Source of the DNA: Candidatus Cloacimonadales bacterium
Lineage (GTDB): Bacteria; Cloacimonadota; Cloacimonadia; Cloacimonadales; JAIOQZ01
NCBI GenBank assembly: GCA_963662655.2
Contig: CAXXTU010000002.1
Location: 928,001-992,000, forward strand
DNA length: 64,000 nucleotides
Direction: 5' to 3'
Notes under the pieces: generated by a model
What the model was told of the DNA's origin: nothing
Database searches by the model: none
What the model saw: only the letters and a program-made list of their open reading frames with translations
Made by a program: the position numbers and the translations under genes
In this document: positions 20,267-30,522 of the stretch, piece by piece
How positions within the stretch are numbered: position 1 is the first letter of the stretch
Layout: every line of letters begins with the position of its first letter

Positions 20267-21574
20267 ATGATGTATAATCCCGTAGAATTAATCATCCGAA
20301 AACGCATGGGAGAAGAGCTCTCCCCCGAGGAAATCCGCTGGTTCATCGAGGGCTATCTGGCTGGCCGGATCCCAGAATACCAGATGTCGGCGCTCCTCAT
20401 GGCGATATTTTTCAGGAGCATGAAACCCGAGGAAGCGCGAACGCTTACGAAGGTCTATATCGAATCGGGAAAACGCATCACATTTCCTGAAGACTGGCAT
20501 ACGGTCGACAAACACTCCACCGGTGGCGTAGGCGACAAAATCACGTTGCCGCTCGCACCGCTCGTCGCGGCCTGCGGGATGAAAATCCCCATGATATCCG
20601 GACGCGGCCTGGGCCACACCGGCGGAACGCTGGACAAGCTCGATGCCATCGCCGGAATGCGGACCGACTTCTCCGAAGAGCAATTCAAGAAGATGGTGGA
20701 AGAAATCGGTTTCGCGATCATCAGCCAGTCCGGTGAGCTCGTTCCGGCCGATCGTCGCATCTACGCGCTACGGGATGTGACCGGAACGGTGGAAAGCCTG
20801 CCGTTGATCACCGCCAGCATCATGAGTAAGAAAATTGCGGAAGGCGCGCAGAACCTGGTTATCGATCTTAAAGTCGGGTCCGGGGCCTTTATAAAAACCA
20901 TCGAGCAAGCAGAGGAACTGGCATCCCTGATGATGTCTGTGGGCCGGCAGCTCGGGCAAAAGATATCGGTGGTCTACACGGATATGAATTCGCCCATCGG
21001 CTGGTACGCGGGTAACGCGCTGGAGCTCAAAGAGACCATCGAGTACCTGCGCGGCGATCCGAACGAGGACGTCGATCTCATCACCAAGGCGTTGGGCGAG
21101 CAAATGCTGCTCATCGCCGGAAAGGCCGAAACCAGAGAGCAGGCTCGCAAAATGCTCGACGAGGTTCACGACAGCGGCAAAGCGCTGGAGAAATTCAGGG
21201 AGTTCATCGAACGCCAGGGCGGAAACCCGGCTGTATGCGACGACCTCTCGCTACTTCCTGCCGCCAAGTTCGAGCTTCCGATCATCGCCAAGGAGAGCGG
21301 TTGGATCGAATCGATCAACAGCCAGGCGATCGGCTACGCGCTGGTCGATCTTGGCGCGGGAAGAAAAACGCTCGATTCGAAACTCGACTACGCCACGGGC
21401 GCGTATCTCCCGAAGAAGATCGGGCACGAGACTGAGGCAGGTGACCCCATGGGATTGGTCTACGCCAACGATGAGGAGACCGGAAAGCTCGTTGCGAACC
21501 GCATCGCGGAGGCGTACAAGATCAGCGCGAGCTACGTGGAAACCCGGAATCGCATCATCAAGATTCAGGACTGA
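20267..21574 (+). CDS. pdp: Pyrimidine-nucleoside/thymidine phosphorylase
   Basis: DKHSTGGVGDK, SGRGLGHTGGTLDKL, LRDVTGTV, SIMSKKIAEG. Confidence 0.95.
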   Translation: MMYNPVELIIRKRMGEELSPEEIRWFIEGYLAGRIPEYQMSALLMAIFFRSMKPEEARTLTKVYIESGKRITFPEDWHTVDKHSTGGVGDKITLPLAPLVAACGMKIPMISGRGLGHTGGTLDKLDAIAGMRTDFSEEQFKKMVEEIGFAIISQSGELVPADRRIYALRDVTGTVESLPLITASIMSKKIAEGAQNLVIDLKVGSGAFIKTIEQAEELASLMMSVGRQLGQKISVVYTDMNSPIGWYAGNALELKETIEYLRGDPNEDVDLITKALGEQMLLIAGKAETREQARKMLDEVHDSGKALEKFREFIERQGGNPAVCDDLSLLPAAKFELPIIAKESGWIESINSQAIGYALVDLGAGRKTLDSKLDYATGAYLPKKIGHETEAGDPMGLVYANDEETGKLVANRIAEAYKISASYVETRNRIIKIQD

Positions 21575-21577
21575 CCC

Positions 21578-22168
21578 ATGCCCAGGTTGACGCTCCTTAT
21601 CGTCCTGCTGACCGCATCGATGCTCCTGAACGCCGAGATCAAGTTTATTCCGGGATTCCAGTTCAACATCAGCACAGCGCCTGTCGTCGACCGGATCCGC
21701 GTCGAGCATCCCGACGGACGCAAGGACGCGCTGGACGCCAGCGGCTCCATCGGATTCATCTTCGAGCCCGGATACCAGTTCATTCAGGAGAGATACGAGG
21801 TTCGGCTCTCTTCCGGGATCGGCTTCCTGCACAACAACCTTTTCAACAGCGGCTACTTTTCACTCGAAAGTAGCCTTCTTTTTCCTACGGGGACAAGCCT
21901 GAGCGTCGGGCCGCACCTTGGGGCCTTTTATCTGCTTTCCGCCTGGGACGGCGAGGACACCAGCAGCGACGACGTCTCTCTCGAAATGAACCAACCCGCC
22001 TACCTGATTGGCGTCAGCATCACCTCTCTGGGATTCGGTACCCGTTTGATCGGCTCGCTGGACTACGTTTTCGGCGAGATCGATGTGAAGGGACACGGGG
22101 GCTGGGTTCCCGATACGGATCACATCAATTATCAGGGATTGTCTCTCAGGATGGGTCTGGGATTTTAA
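21578..22168 (+). CDS. Putative outer-membrane beta-barrel protein, paralog 1
   Basis: Signal peptide, alternating hydrophobic strands, ends GLSLRMGLGF (terminal Phe). Confidence 0.65.
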   Translation: MPRLTLLIVLLTASMLLNAEIKFIPGFQFNISTAPVVDRIRVEHPDGRKDALDASGSIGFIFEPGYQFIQERYEVRLSSGIGFLHNNLFNSGYFSLESSLLFPTGTSLSVGPHLGAFYLLSAWDGEDTSSDDVSLEMNQPAYLIGVSITSLGFGTRLIGSLDYVFGEIDVKGHGGWVPDTDHINYQGLSLRMGLGF

Positions 22169-22265
22169 CACCATAAGGATGAAAGCCGATATCACCGATT
22201 AATCAACACGGGAGGTTAGCTTCTGCGCCTTAGATTCAATATCAAAAGTATGCAAGGAGCGGAGT

Positions 22266-22898
22266 ATGGATCGAACCTCGAGATGTATCTCAGTATTCGC
22301 TATGTTCGTTATCTGCGCCGCACTCTCCGGCTTTGAGGGCGAGTTTCACCTGGGATTCAAGCATCTGTATCACCATCTGTCTGCGGATGAGTTTAAGGTA
22401 GAGCGAAAAGAACCGTCGCACAGCATAATCGACCTGTCAGGCTTCGGAGACGATTTCGCAATCTCCGGCCCGGGCGTACAGCTTTACTCCATGTACAGCA
22501 TAGAAGCGCCTTACGTTTTCATCAATACGAATGTGGCTTATGGTGCGTTTCTGGCAGGGCATTTCGCCGTTTACATGCTCTCGTTTGAATCTTCCTGCCT
22601 CTATGCGGCGACCGATTCACTACAGTTTGGCCTGACCGGCGGCTTGAATTACACGAGAGCGGAACATAATTACAGCGAACAGGTCGATCTCGATATCGAG
22701 GCTAGGAATCCGGGCACGTTCTATGGCGTGCGTGTTCAGTTCAAATGGGAGCACGTCCGCATGGAATTAAGCGTTATACGTCACAACATCGTTTACGACT
22801 ACACCATCAGCGACGACTATGTCGGTTCCGCAGATAAAATAGACCTTTCGGGTATAACTCTCAGTCTTGGCATGTCATTCAGGTTATTCGGGCATTGA
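22266..22898 (+). CDS. Putative outer-membrane beta-barrel protein, paralog 2
   Basis: Signal peptide, FKVE motif, ends IDLSGITLSLGMSFRLF; AAGGAG RBS. Confidence 0.65.
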   Translation: MDRTSRCISVFAMFVICAALSGFEGEFHLGFKHLYHHLSADEFKVERKEPSHSIIDLSGFGDDFAISGPGVQLYSMYSIEAPYVFINTNVAYGAFLAGHFAVYMLSFESSCLYAATDSLQFGLTGGLNYTRAEHNYSEQVDLDIEARNPGTFYGVRVQFKWEHVRMELSVIRHNIVYDYTISDDYVGSADKIDLSGITLSLGMSFRLFGH

Positions 22899-22977
22899 GC
22901 AATATCGACTTTTCCTTGACATAATTATCATTCGCTTATGAATCTGACAATTCATTACATTCGGAACGGAAATTGGC

Positions 22978-23592
22978 ATGAAAAGAAATCTCGTCGTATT
23001 GTTATTCGTTCTGTTGTTACCACTCGTTTTAGTTGCAGAAAATCGTTTTTATCTGAACCTGCGTGAAGTGACACTGCTCTGTCCCGACATTCAAGGCTTT
23101 GAAGTAGAAGATACCGATGGTGGCAGCTGGTATAGCGATGAAGCATCTTCAGTGGAAATTACCGGCAATTCAGGCATTGGTTTGGCAATAGCCCCAGGCG
23201 CTGCCATCGATACACAATTCATGAGAATCAACGTTTCCGCAGGATTGGGATATATGTTCTTCGCGGCATTCGGAACAAGCACCGTTTCGGGCGAGCTGGA
23301 GCTTCTCTTCAAGAATGGAGAACGCTTCTTGATCGGGCCGCGCGCCGCAATTCTATTCTATTCCCCAAGCTGGATCGTGGACGGCGATGTCTCTCTCTCT
23401 TCCTACGATCCGGGATTTCAATTCGGCCTCGGGATGTATGGATCGTTCACCAAGCTCGATGTCGGAGGAAGCCTCAACTACCAGACCGGCGCTTTCGGTG
23501 TGAAGACAGATAATGGCTGGGTCGCAAGCGATGATGAATTGAATATCTCGGGTGTTGCTCTGCAAATCGGTATTCGTTTCAAAACACAGTAA
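22978..23592 (+). CDS. Putative outer-membrane beta-barrel protein, paralog 3
   Basis: Signal peptide; ends GWVASDDELNISGVALQIGIRF. Confidence 0.7.
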   Translation: MKRNLVVLLFVLLLPLVLVAENRFYLNLREVTLLCPDIQGFEVEDTDGGSWYSDEASSVEITGNSGIGLAIAPGAAIDTQFMRINVSAGLGYMFFAAFGTSTVSGELELLFKNGERFLIGPRAAILFYSPSWIVDGDVSLSSYDPGFQFGLGMYGSFTKLDVGGSLNYQTGAFGVKTDNGWVASDDELNISGVALQIGIRFKTQ

Positions 23593-23654
23593 GCGATAAA
23601 CGTTATTGGCAGTCACCACGTGGCTGCCATTTTCCACTTCATTCAGGAGCCCTT

Positions 23655-24245
23655 ATGATATTCCGGCAAATGTTGTTGGCAATGGTAATGTTTCTTCCGG
23701 TCGTTTGCGCCGCGGAAAACTATTTATACCTCAACGTCAAAGAGATGTTTCTGCTGAGTCAACAAGCGAGCCGCTTCGAGGTAGAACGAGGTGACCGTAC
23801 GGTCGATACCGGACGTCTTTATGGCTTAGGTGTAACGCAATACGCCGGTGTCGCGTTTGATCAGCCAAATGTAAGGATCAATCTTGGGGGCGGCGTCGGC
23901 TACCTGAACTACGGAAACTTCGATACCGGCATTTTCGCCGGACAATTAGAGGTGTTCATGAAGCTGGAGGATCAGTTGATGTTCGGACCGTGCCTGGAAA
24001 TCCAGTTCTATTCTCCTCACTGGTGGCCGGACGACGACATCGAGTTGACATCGAAGGCTCCGGGATTCCTCATTGGACTTGGACTGAATAGTTGTATGAG
24101 ATTTGCCGATATCGCACTACAAGCAGGCTATCTTGCCGGAAAGTTCGATGTGGAATCCAAGAATCGCTATTACAATGACAAGTGCGAACTGAATTTCTCG
24201 GGCGTTGCTTTGAACTTCAGTATAAGATTCAAGAACAGAATTTAG
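23655..24245 (+). CDS. Putative outer-membrane beta-barrel protein, paralog 4
   Basis: Signal peptide; AENYLYLNVKE; ends ELNFSGVALNFSIRF; AGGAG RBS. Confidence 0.7.
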   Translation: MIFRQMLLAMVMFLPVVCAAENYLYLNVKEMFLLSQQASRFEVERGDRTVDTGRLYGLGVTQYAGVAFDQPNVRINLGGGVGYLNYGNFDTGIFAGQLEVFMKLEDQLMFGPCLEIQFYSPHWWPDDDIELTSKAPGFLIGLGLNSCMRFADIALQAGYLAGKFDVESKNRYYNDKCELNFSGVALNFSIRFKNRI

Positions 24246-24351
24246 TCAACCTGCTTCTGTGAAATTTGCGTTTACCACGTTTTTTCTCTTGACCTTTCTA
24301 TGGATTTCAAAGCAGAAAGAATTATTGTGAAATAACCAATCAGGAGTTCTT

Positions 24352-24963
24352 ATGAAAATCAAGCTTGGAATGCTTCTTTTACTTGTCGTATTACCGTTGT
24401 TCTGCTTTGCCAAAGTGGATTTTATCCTGGGCATCAAAGAAATGACCCTTATCAGCCCCGACATCGACGGATTTAAAGTCGAAAGCCATGATTCGGGCAG
24501 CTATTACTACTACGAAGAATCCGCGGAGATCGAAGGCTTCTCGTCGGTTGGCGCGATCCTCAACATGGGGCTGGGAATCGAGACCCGTTACATCGCCGTG
24601 CATCTGACCGGTGGAGCGGGATATGTTTTCAACGGAGCTTTTGGAACCGGAGTTTTCACGGGCGAGACAGACCTCCTCTTCAAGATCGCGCCCCACTTCA
24701 TGATGGGCCCAAGGGCCGGTGTCGCGTTCTATGCGCCATCCTGGATCGCGACGGAGGGCGACGTCACACTCACTTCCGAGGAACCGGGACTCATTGCAGG
24801 CTACAGCATCCAGGCAGCCTGGGACAAGATAAAAGCAGGCGTAAGCGTAGATTATCAGAGCGGCGTGTTCGAAGTGGAGACTGGCAGTGGCTGGCAAGCA
24901 AGCGACGATGAGCTGGACATCTCGGGTGTCGCGGTGCGGCTGGGCGTTACGTTTACGTTCTAG
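24352..24963 (+). CDS. Putative outer-membrane beta-barrel protein, paralog 5
   Basis: Signal peptide; ends GWQASDDELDISGVAVRLGVTFTF; AGGAG RBS. Confidence 0.7.
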   Translation: MKIKLGMLLLLVVLPLFCFAKVDFILGIKEMTLISPDIDGFKVESHDSGSYYYYEESAEIEGFSSVGAILNMGLGIETRYIAVHLTGGAGYVFNGAFGTGVFTGETDLLFKIAPHFMMGPRAGVAFYAPSWIATEGDVTLTSEEPGLIAGYSIQAAWDKIKAGVSVDYQSGVFEVETGSGWQASDDELDISGVAVRLGVTFTF

Positions 24964-24983
24964 GAGAATATCGGTACACTTTC

Positions 24984-25012
24984 AGGCAGTCGTGAATCGG
25001 CTGCCTTTTTTT
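24984..25012 (+). terminator. Intrinsic terminator
   Basis: aggcagtcg-tgaat-cggctgcct followed by a T run. Confidence 0.8.
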
Positions 25013-25051
25013 GTGCGATTTCCGATTCACAGCCTCAAAGTGGAATTTGTG

Positions 25052-25729
25052 TTAGATGTCGAGTTTTGCGAAATTGATTAGGATTTGTTCGTTTTGCGAA
25101 AAATGCTCCTGCGAGACGTCGGAGCTCTGAAGCAGGTTTTTGACGTTTGGATCCTTCAGTATCTTCCTGCGCATCATGTCCCTGCCCTGCTCGATGTTGT
25201 ATTCCGGGTGAAATTGCAGGCCCCACACGGGCAGATCCTTGTACTGCAATGCTTCAACGCCAACGGTTGCAGAGCGGCCGAGGCTCCTGAAATCTTCCGA
25301 AAGGTTTTCGACCGTTTCGTAATGCGATTCGAGAACAACGTAAGGCGATTGCATCCCGTCGAATATCGGTGAGGGCTGGAGCTCGATATCCACGAAACCG
25401 AACTCGGGATTCCTGCCGATACACTCGACGCCCATGATTGCCCGGGCGATCGATTGATGCCCGTAGCAAATACCGAGAACCCCTCTTCCACCGTCGATGA
25501 ACTTGTGAATCGAATCGCTACAGAGGTCATGAATAAAATGCTCATCCCGATGCATGAGTGATGAACCGGAGATGAGCATTCTGCTATATTTTCCAATATC
25601 ATCTAATGGTCGCTGACGCTCGTCGAGCTTGATCATGTCGTATTCGATACCATTCGCAGTGAAAATTCTCTCCATGGATCGATTGAAATTCCCCGAGGGG
25701 CCTACGATGCAGTTCAGGACCAATAGCAT
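25052..25729 (-). CDS. Class I glutamine amidotransferase
   Basis: LGICYGHQ and GLQFHPE catalytic motifs. Confidence 0.88.
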   Translation of the reverse strand: MLLVLNCIVGPSGNFNRSMERIFTANGIEYDMIKLDERQRPLDDIGKYSRMLISGSSLMHRDEHFIHDLCSDSIHKFIDGGRGVLGICYGHQSIARAIMGVECIGRNPEFGFVDIELQPSPIFDGMQSPYVVLESHYETVENLSEDFRSLGRSATVGVEALQYKDLPVWGLQFHPEYNIEQGRDMMRRKILKDPNVKNLLQSSDVSQEHFSQNEQILINFAKLDI

Positions 25730-25738
25730 AATGATTTC

Positions 25739-25987
25739 TTATTCTTCTTCGTCGTTATACCCGTTGAACTCTTTTTCCTCGTCTTCCTCTTCCTCTTCCT
25801 GGAGCTCAGCCTGGTTATCAAGCATTTCTTCCATCTCGTCGAAGAGGTCTTCGTCCTTGATGTCGATGTCATAAATGTAATCGCCACCTGTATAGGCGCC
25901 TTTGACAATCTTCACTTCAGTTCCTTCCGGGAGATTATCAAGCACATAAATGACCTCGTCCATGTACAAACCGGTTAATACAGACAT
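25739..25987 (-). CDS. Small very acidic hypothetical protein
   Basis: AAGGAGG RBS; 82 aa with a D/E-rich tail; 9 nt upstream of the GATase gene. Confidence 0.7.
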   Translation of the reverse strand: MSVLTGLYMDEVIYVLDNLPEGTEVKIVKGAYTGGDYIYDIDIKDEDLFDEMEEMLDNQAELQEEEEEDEEKEFNGYNDEEE

Positions 25988-26354
25988 TACCGCCTCCTTG
26001 TAAATATGGGTAACGCACTAATTCAATTGGTTTTTTTCTTGTCAAATAAAATTACGAGCGGTTTTCATTTTTCGCAATACCCTGCCATCCCTGAAGTTAT
26101 GACGAGTGGTTTAAGTCTGTTTCTTTCTTGCCGTTATGTGGTTAATCACGGGTATCGATGCAATCGATATCTCGCTCGTACGATCCAGTAGCAGAAATGC
26201 AAAATCATTGCATTTTTGATTGACGTACTACCATCGTTCGTGTGGATTCAGGCACGCCTTGATTTCACTTTCTTAGCTACTTCACGTGGATAATATTGAC
26301 GAAATTTACACACACATATTTTGTTAACAGCGTAAAACTATGTGAGGAGCCACT

Positions 26355-26825
26355 ATGATACGAATCGAAATACCTGGAATGGAGCCGTTCGAGATCAAAT
26401 ATCTCGTCATGGATTACAACGGAACCCTGGCAATCGGAGGCAATCTGATTGAGGGCGTTGCATCCCGGTTCAAAACCCTGAAAGAAACCATGGAGCTTCA
26501 CGTTCTCACTGCCGACACATTCGGCAAAGCCGCCGAGCAACTGGAAAAACTGCCTGTACACCTTCATATTATATCCCAGGATAGACAATCCGAACAAAAG
26601 GCCCAGTATGTCCGGCAACTGGGTTGCGATTCGGTTATCTGTATCGGAAACGGACAGAACGATACGAAAATGCTGCAAGCTTGCCGGCTTTCATTCGCGC
26701 TCATCCAGGCGGAAGGAGCAGCCGTCACGACATTGACATCTGCCAATGTTGTTTACAGTTCGATTATCGACGCTTTAGATTCATTAATATATCTCCGCAG
26801 ACTCTATGCCACGCTCCGTGTGTAG
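26355..26825 (+). CDS. HAD-superfamily 'soluble P-type ATPase' (COG4087-like)
   Basis: MDYNGTLA, LTADTFG, IGNGQND; GAGGAG RBS. Confidence 0.85.
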   Translation: MIRIEIPGMEPFEIKYLVMDYNGTLAIGGNLIEGVASRFKTLKETMELHVLTADTFGKAAEQLEKLPVHLHIISQDRQSEQKAQYVRQLGCDSVICIGNGQNDTKMLQACRLSFALIQAEGAAVTTLTSANVVYSSIIDALDSLIYLRRLYATLRV

Positions 26826-26924
26826 GTTTCTCGCTTCTTTATAGCAATTTGGCCTCTGCCAGCGGTTTTGGCCTTATTTTTGCTTACTATCTTTTATTAC
26901 CTGACATACTACTAAGGAGGAAAA

Positions 26925-29900
26925 ATGAAAACGAGACTTGTTATTACCGCACTTGCAGCAATGCTTCTGTTTGCGGTAGCAGGATTTGCTCAGGACCAGG
27001 GTGGACCAGATTTATATGGCTACACATGGAAGAACAGCGATGCAACGGACGGCCCTGCATACGCATGGGTCGAGCCGGACACAACGAACGATGCCGTTGC
27101 ATTGTACACAGCTTTTGATGACGACGGAAACACACCGATGCTTCCATTGAACTTCACATTCCCATTCTACGGTACGGACTATACCGAGGTTATGATTGGC
27201 TCGAACGGTATCATTGGATTCACCGATTCCAACATGTCCAGTCTTGGCAACCAGGATATTCCAAACACATCGACCCCCAACAACATCATCGCATGGTTTT
27301 GGGACGACCTGAATCCAAGATATACTTGGACTTCTTCACATTGCTATTTCGAAAACATCACATACAACGACATGAATGCCTTCATGATTTCATTTGTTGA
27401 CTATTCAGAATACCTCGATACGGGTGACACTGGAACTTATCCGGAAGATTGTATTCAAGCTCAAGTTATCCTTGTTGAAAATGGCGATATCCTTATAAAT
27501 TATGACTGGATTGGATCAGACGTCGATTTGACAAGCTCAACCATCGGTATCGAAAATGTCGACGGTACGGACGCGCTTCAATACGGATACAATGAAGCCG
27601 AAGGAATCAACATTGCCGACGATTTCACCATCGCTTTCTACTACCCCATCTTCATGGATAACGACCTTCGCGCATCCACGATCACAGGTTCTGAAGTTAT
27701 CGACGCCAACGTTGAATCAACCTTTACCGTGACGGTTCTCAACAACGGTACGTTAGCACAGGACACCTATTCCGTACTCCTGATGGTCGACGATGTGGAA
27801 GTTGCCAGTGCAACCGGAACAGAGATTCAGCCGGGGCAATCGATCGATTTCGACCTGAACTGGACTCCTTCAACCGGTGGTTACTATATGCTGAAAGGCG
27901 TCACGGTTCTCGATGGCGACGAAATCACGGACAACGACGCATCTCAACCATTTGAAGTTTTTGTGAATCCGTCCAACGACCTCACAGCTACTAAAATCTA
28001 TGGCAATGCGATTCCGGATGTGAACCAGAGCACAACCTACACAGTTACAGTTCTCAACTCCGGCCTGAACGCGCAGAGCACCTACACGGTATACCTTAAA
28101 GATGCCGATGGCAACGAGCTTGCTTCCATCGCAGGAACTTCCCTTGCTGCCGGAGACTCTCTCGATTTCAACATCGACTGGACTCCGACTGCGCCCGGCT
28201 ATTTCGACCTCCATGGCGAAGTGTCACTTGACGGCGACGAAATCGCCGAAAACGACTCCTCGCTGGAACTTGGCGTTAGAGCGATTCAATCCGGTTTTGA
28301 AACAGTTGAACTTGGAGATGGAACCGTAAGCGCAAACACATTGCCAATCAACTTCTACTACAAGAACAGTCTTTCACAGACGATCTACTACCCGGAAGAA
28401 TTGAATATCTCCGCCGGTACCGAACTGATCGCAATCAAGTACTTCAACGATTTCCCGGAAACCCAGCCCCTCTACAACAAGGCGATCAACATATGGGTCG
28501 GTGAAACCGAATTGGAAACACTTGTGGACGGCTTCATTCCTTCAACCGAACTGACCCAGGTGTTCTCAGGCTTGATCTACTGTACTGCCGGCATCGGCGA
28601 GGTTGATATTCCTCTGGAAACACCATGGACATACGACGGGGGAAATCTGGTCGTTATGATTCAGAGACCTTTTGATGTGGGATATTACTCATCAAGCAGT
28701 AAATTCTACTACACCACAACGGAAACCTATCCTGATCGTACAGCCAGAGCTCAAAACGACCTCACGGTTTTTGACCCGGCGACCCCACCAGCGGCTACCG
28801 TTTCATCAACGATTCCCAATACCACGTTGTATTTTGGAAACGCTGTCGTGACCGGTATCGGTGGCTACGTGTATGACTCAATGACCTCACCGATCTCGGG
28901 TGCAACCGTTACCCTTACTCCTGGTGACGTTGAATTCACTACAGATGCAAGCGGATTCTACTCCTTCACGGGTATCGATCCAGGCACATACGGCGTAACT
29001 GCCGAAGCTGCCGGATTCGTATCGCACACCGAGAACGATCTCGTTGTTGTTGACGGCGAAATGTATGACTACAACTTCTATCTTGATGCAGTCATGACCG
29101 TAACCATCACCGTAACAACGAACGCCGGCTCGCCTGAAGGAGCGGCCCTTTCGTTCTCGAACGGAACCGATACATATGAAGAAACCGTTCCTGAAAGCGG
29201 AATCGTGTACTTCTATGAAATCGACAACGGAACCTACACGCTCGAAATCAGCCTTGACGATTTCGAAACCTATACCGATAACAACGTTGTTGTTGACGGC
29301 ACAACCGATATCGATGTTGAATTGGTCGAGTTGATCATCCCCGCAAGCAACCCTGCATGCACGATCGACGGATACTTCACCTGGGACGCTCCTGAGCTGC
29401 CGGTGAACGTCATGCGCAAATCCAATGCTCACAAGCAAGTTGTCGCGAACAAGACCCGTAGCAACAAAGCTAGTAAGATTATCGAAACGATGGATCGCTC
29501 ATTCCAGCACTACAACATCTATCTCGGTGAGACTCTCATCACAACCACTTCCAACACCAACTACCAGTTCGACACATCCGGCATGACAGTCGGCCAATCC
29601 TACACAGCGGGTGTTGGAGCTCAATACGAAAGTGGCGAATCCGATGTTGTTACCGTTGATTTCATCTACGGTCAGGAAACGCTCTACGCTCCGATCAACG
29701 TTGTCTGCGACTCCACCGGTTACCTTACATGGGAATCCGGTCAGCCAGCAGTTCTTCTCCGCAACAGCAAAGCAAGCAAGAACACTGGAACAATGGATCG
29801 CGATTTCATCCAGTATCGTATCTATCTCGATGACGAATACGTTGACTGGACACTCAACACGCATTTCGAATTCGACGGCCTCGTAGTCAATACCACTTAC

Positions 29901-30284
29901 ACTGCGGGTGTATCGGCATACTACACATCAGGCAACTCGACCATCACGGAAGTTGAATTCGTCTACATGCCGCAGAGCAACAACGCGGATGAAGTCGTCC
30001 CGGCCACCACGGGCATCATCGGAAACTACCCGAACCCGTTCAACCCGGAAACGAACATCCAGTTCTCTCTCTCCACAGCGGGACAGACATCACTCACCAT
30101 TTACAACGTGAAAGGTCAGAAAGTGAGAACCCTGTTCTCCGGTCACCTGGAAGCAAAGGTTCACAACCTGGCATGGAACGGCAAAGACGACAGCGGCAAG
30201 AGCGTCACCAGCGGCGTTTACTACGCAGTTCTCAAATCTGCTGGAGCCGCTACTGGCGTTCAGAAAATGCTCCTGCTCAAATAA
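26925..30284 (+). CDS. Large secreted multidomain protein (2x CARDB-like, carboxypeptidase-regulatory-like, 2x FN3-like, FlgD-Ig CTD)
   Basis: Signal peptide, GGPDLYGY, duplicated NDL..T.I.G...TVTVLN.G..AQ.TY.V repeats, NYPNPFNPET; AAGGAGG RBS. Confidence 0.85.
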   Translation: MKTRLVITALAAMLLFAVAGFAQDQGGPDLYGYTWKNSDATDGPAYAWVEPDTTNDAVALYTAFDDDGNTPMLPLNFTFPFYGTDYTEVMIGSNGIIGFTDSNMSSLGNQDIPNTSTPNNIIAWFWDDLNPRYTWTSSHCYFENITYNDMNAFMISFVDYSEYLDTGDTGTYPEDCIQAQVILVENGDILINYDWIGSDVDLTSSTIGIENVDGTDALQYGYNEAEGINIADDFTIAFYYPIFMDNDLRASTITGSEVIDANVESTFTVTVLNNGTLAQDTYSVLLMVDDVEVASATGTEIQPGQSIDFDLNWTPSTGGYYMLKGVTVLDGDEITDNDASQPFEVFVNPSNDLTATKIYGNAIPDVNQSTTYTVTVLNSGLNAQSTYTVYLKDADGNELASIAGTSLAAGDSLDFNIDWTPTAPGYFDLHGEVSLDGDEIAENDSSLELGVRAIQSGFETVELGDGTVSANTLPINFYYKNSLSQTIYYPEELNISAGTELIAIKYFNDFPETQPLYNKAINIWVGETELETLVDGFIPSTELTQVFSGLIYCTAGIGEVDIPLETPWTYDGGNLVVMIQRPFDVGYYSSSSKFYYTTTETYPDRTARAQNDLTVFDPATPPAATVSSTIPNTTLYFGNAVVTGIGGYVYDSMTSPISGATVTLTPGDVEFTTDASGFYSFTGIDPGTYGVTAEAAGFVSHTENDLVVVDGEMYDYNFYLDAVMTVTITVTTNAGSPEGAALSFSNGTDTYEETVPESGIVYFYEIDNGTYTLEISLDDFETYTDNNVVVDGTTDIDVELVELIIPASNPACTIDGYFTWDAPELPVNVMRKSNAHKQVVANKTRSNKASKIIETMDRSFQHYNIYLGETLITTTSNTNYQFDTSGMTVGQSYTAGVGAQYESGESDVVTVDFIYGQETLYAPINVVCDSTGYLTWESGQPAVLLRNSKASKNTGTMDRDFIQYRIYLDDEYVDWTLNTHFEFDGLVVNTTYTAGVSAYYTSGNSTITEVEFVYMPQSNNADEVVPATTGIIGNYPNPFNPETNIQFSLSTAGQTSLTIYNVKGQKVRTLFSGHLEAKVHNLAWNGKDDSGKSVTSGVYYAVLKSAGAATGVQKMLLLK

Positions 30285-30320
30285 CGACATAACGTTTTTT
30301 CAAGCAGAAAGCTTATATCG

Positions 30321-30356
30321 AAATCGCCCTCAGCAACGGGGGCGATTTTCTATTTA
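30321..30356 (+). terminator. Intrinsic terminator
   Basis: aaatcgccctc-agcaac-gggggcgattt followed by a T-rich tail. Confidence 0.7.
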
Positions 30357-30522
30357 TGTAGACAGCAGAAGTAGATTGCGGATTCCGATTTCTCCTTGAG
30401 TTTTGTTTCTCCAGCTACTGCCCGGCGTGCCGCGCTCATTTTAATATTTTGTCATCGCCAGTTTTTTATTGACAGCATGTAATTCCGTGTTCATTTTTCG
30501 AAAAAATGCCGGAGAGACCCCA

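Noticed and set aside
26195..26240. c-di-GMP-I riboswitch-like GCAAA...GACG pattern
   Set aside because: Lacks the GNRA loop and the downstream GCAAAG/tetraloop-receptor elements; the resemblance is superficial
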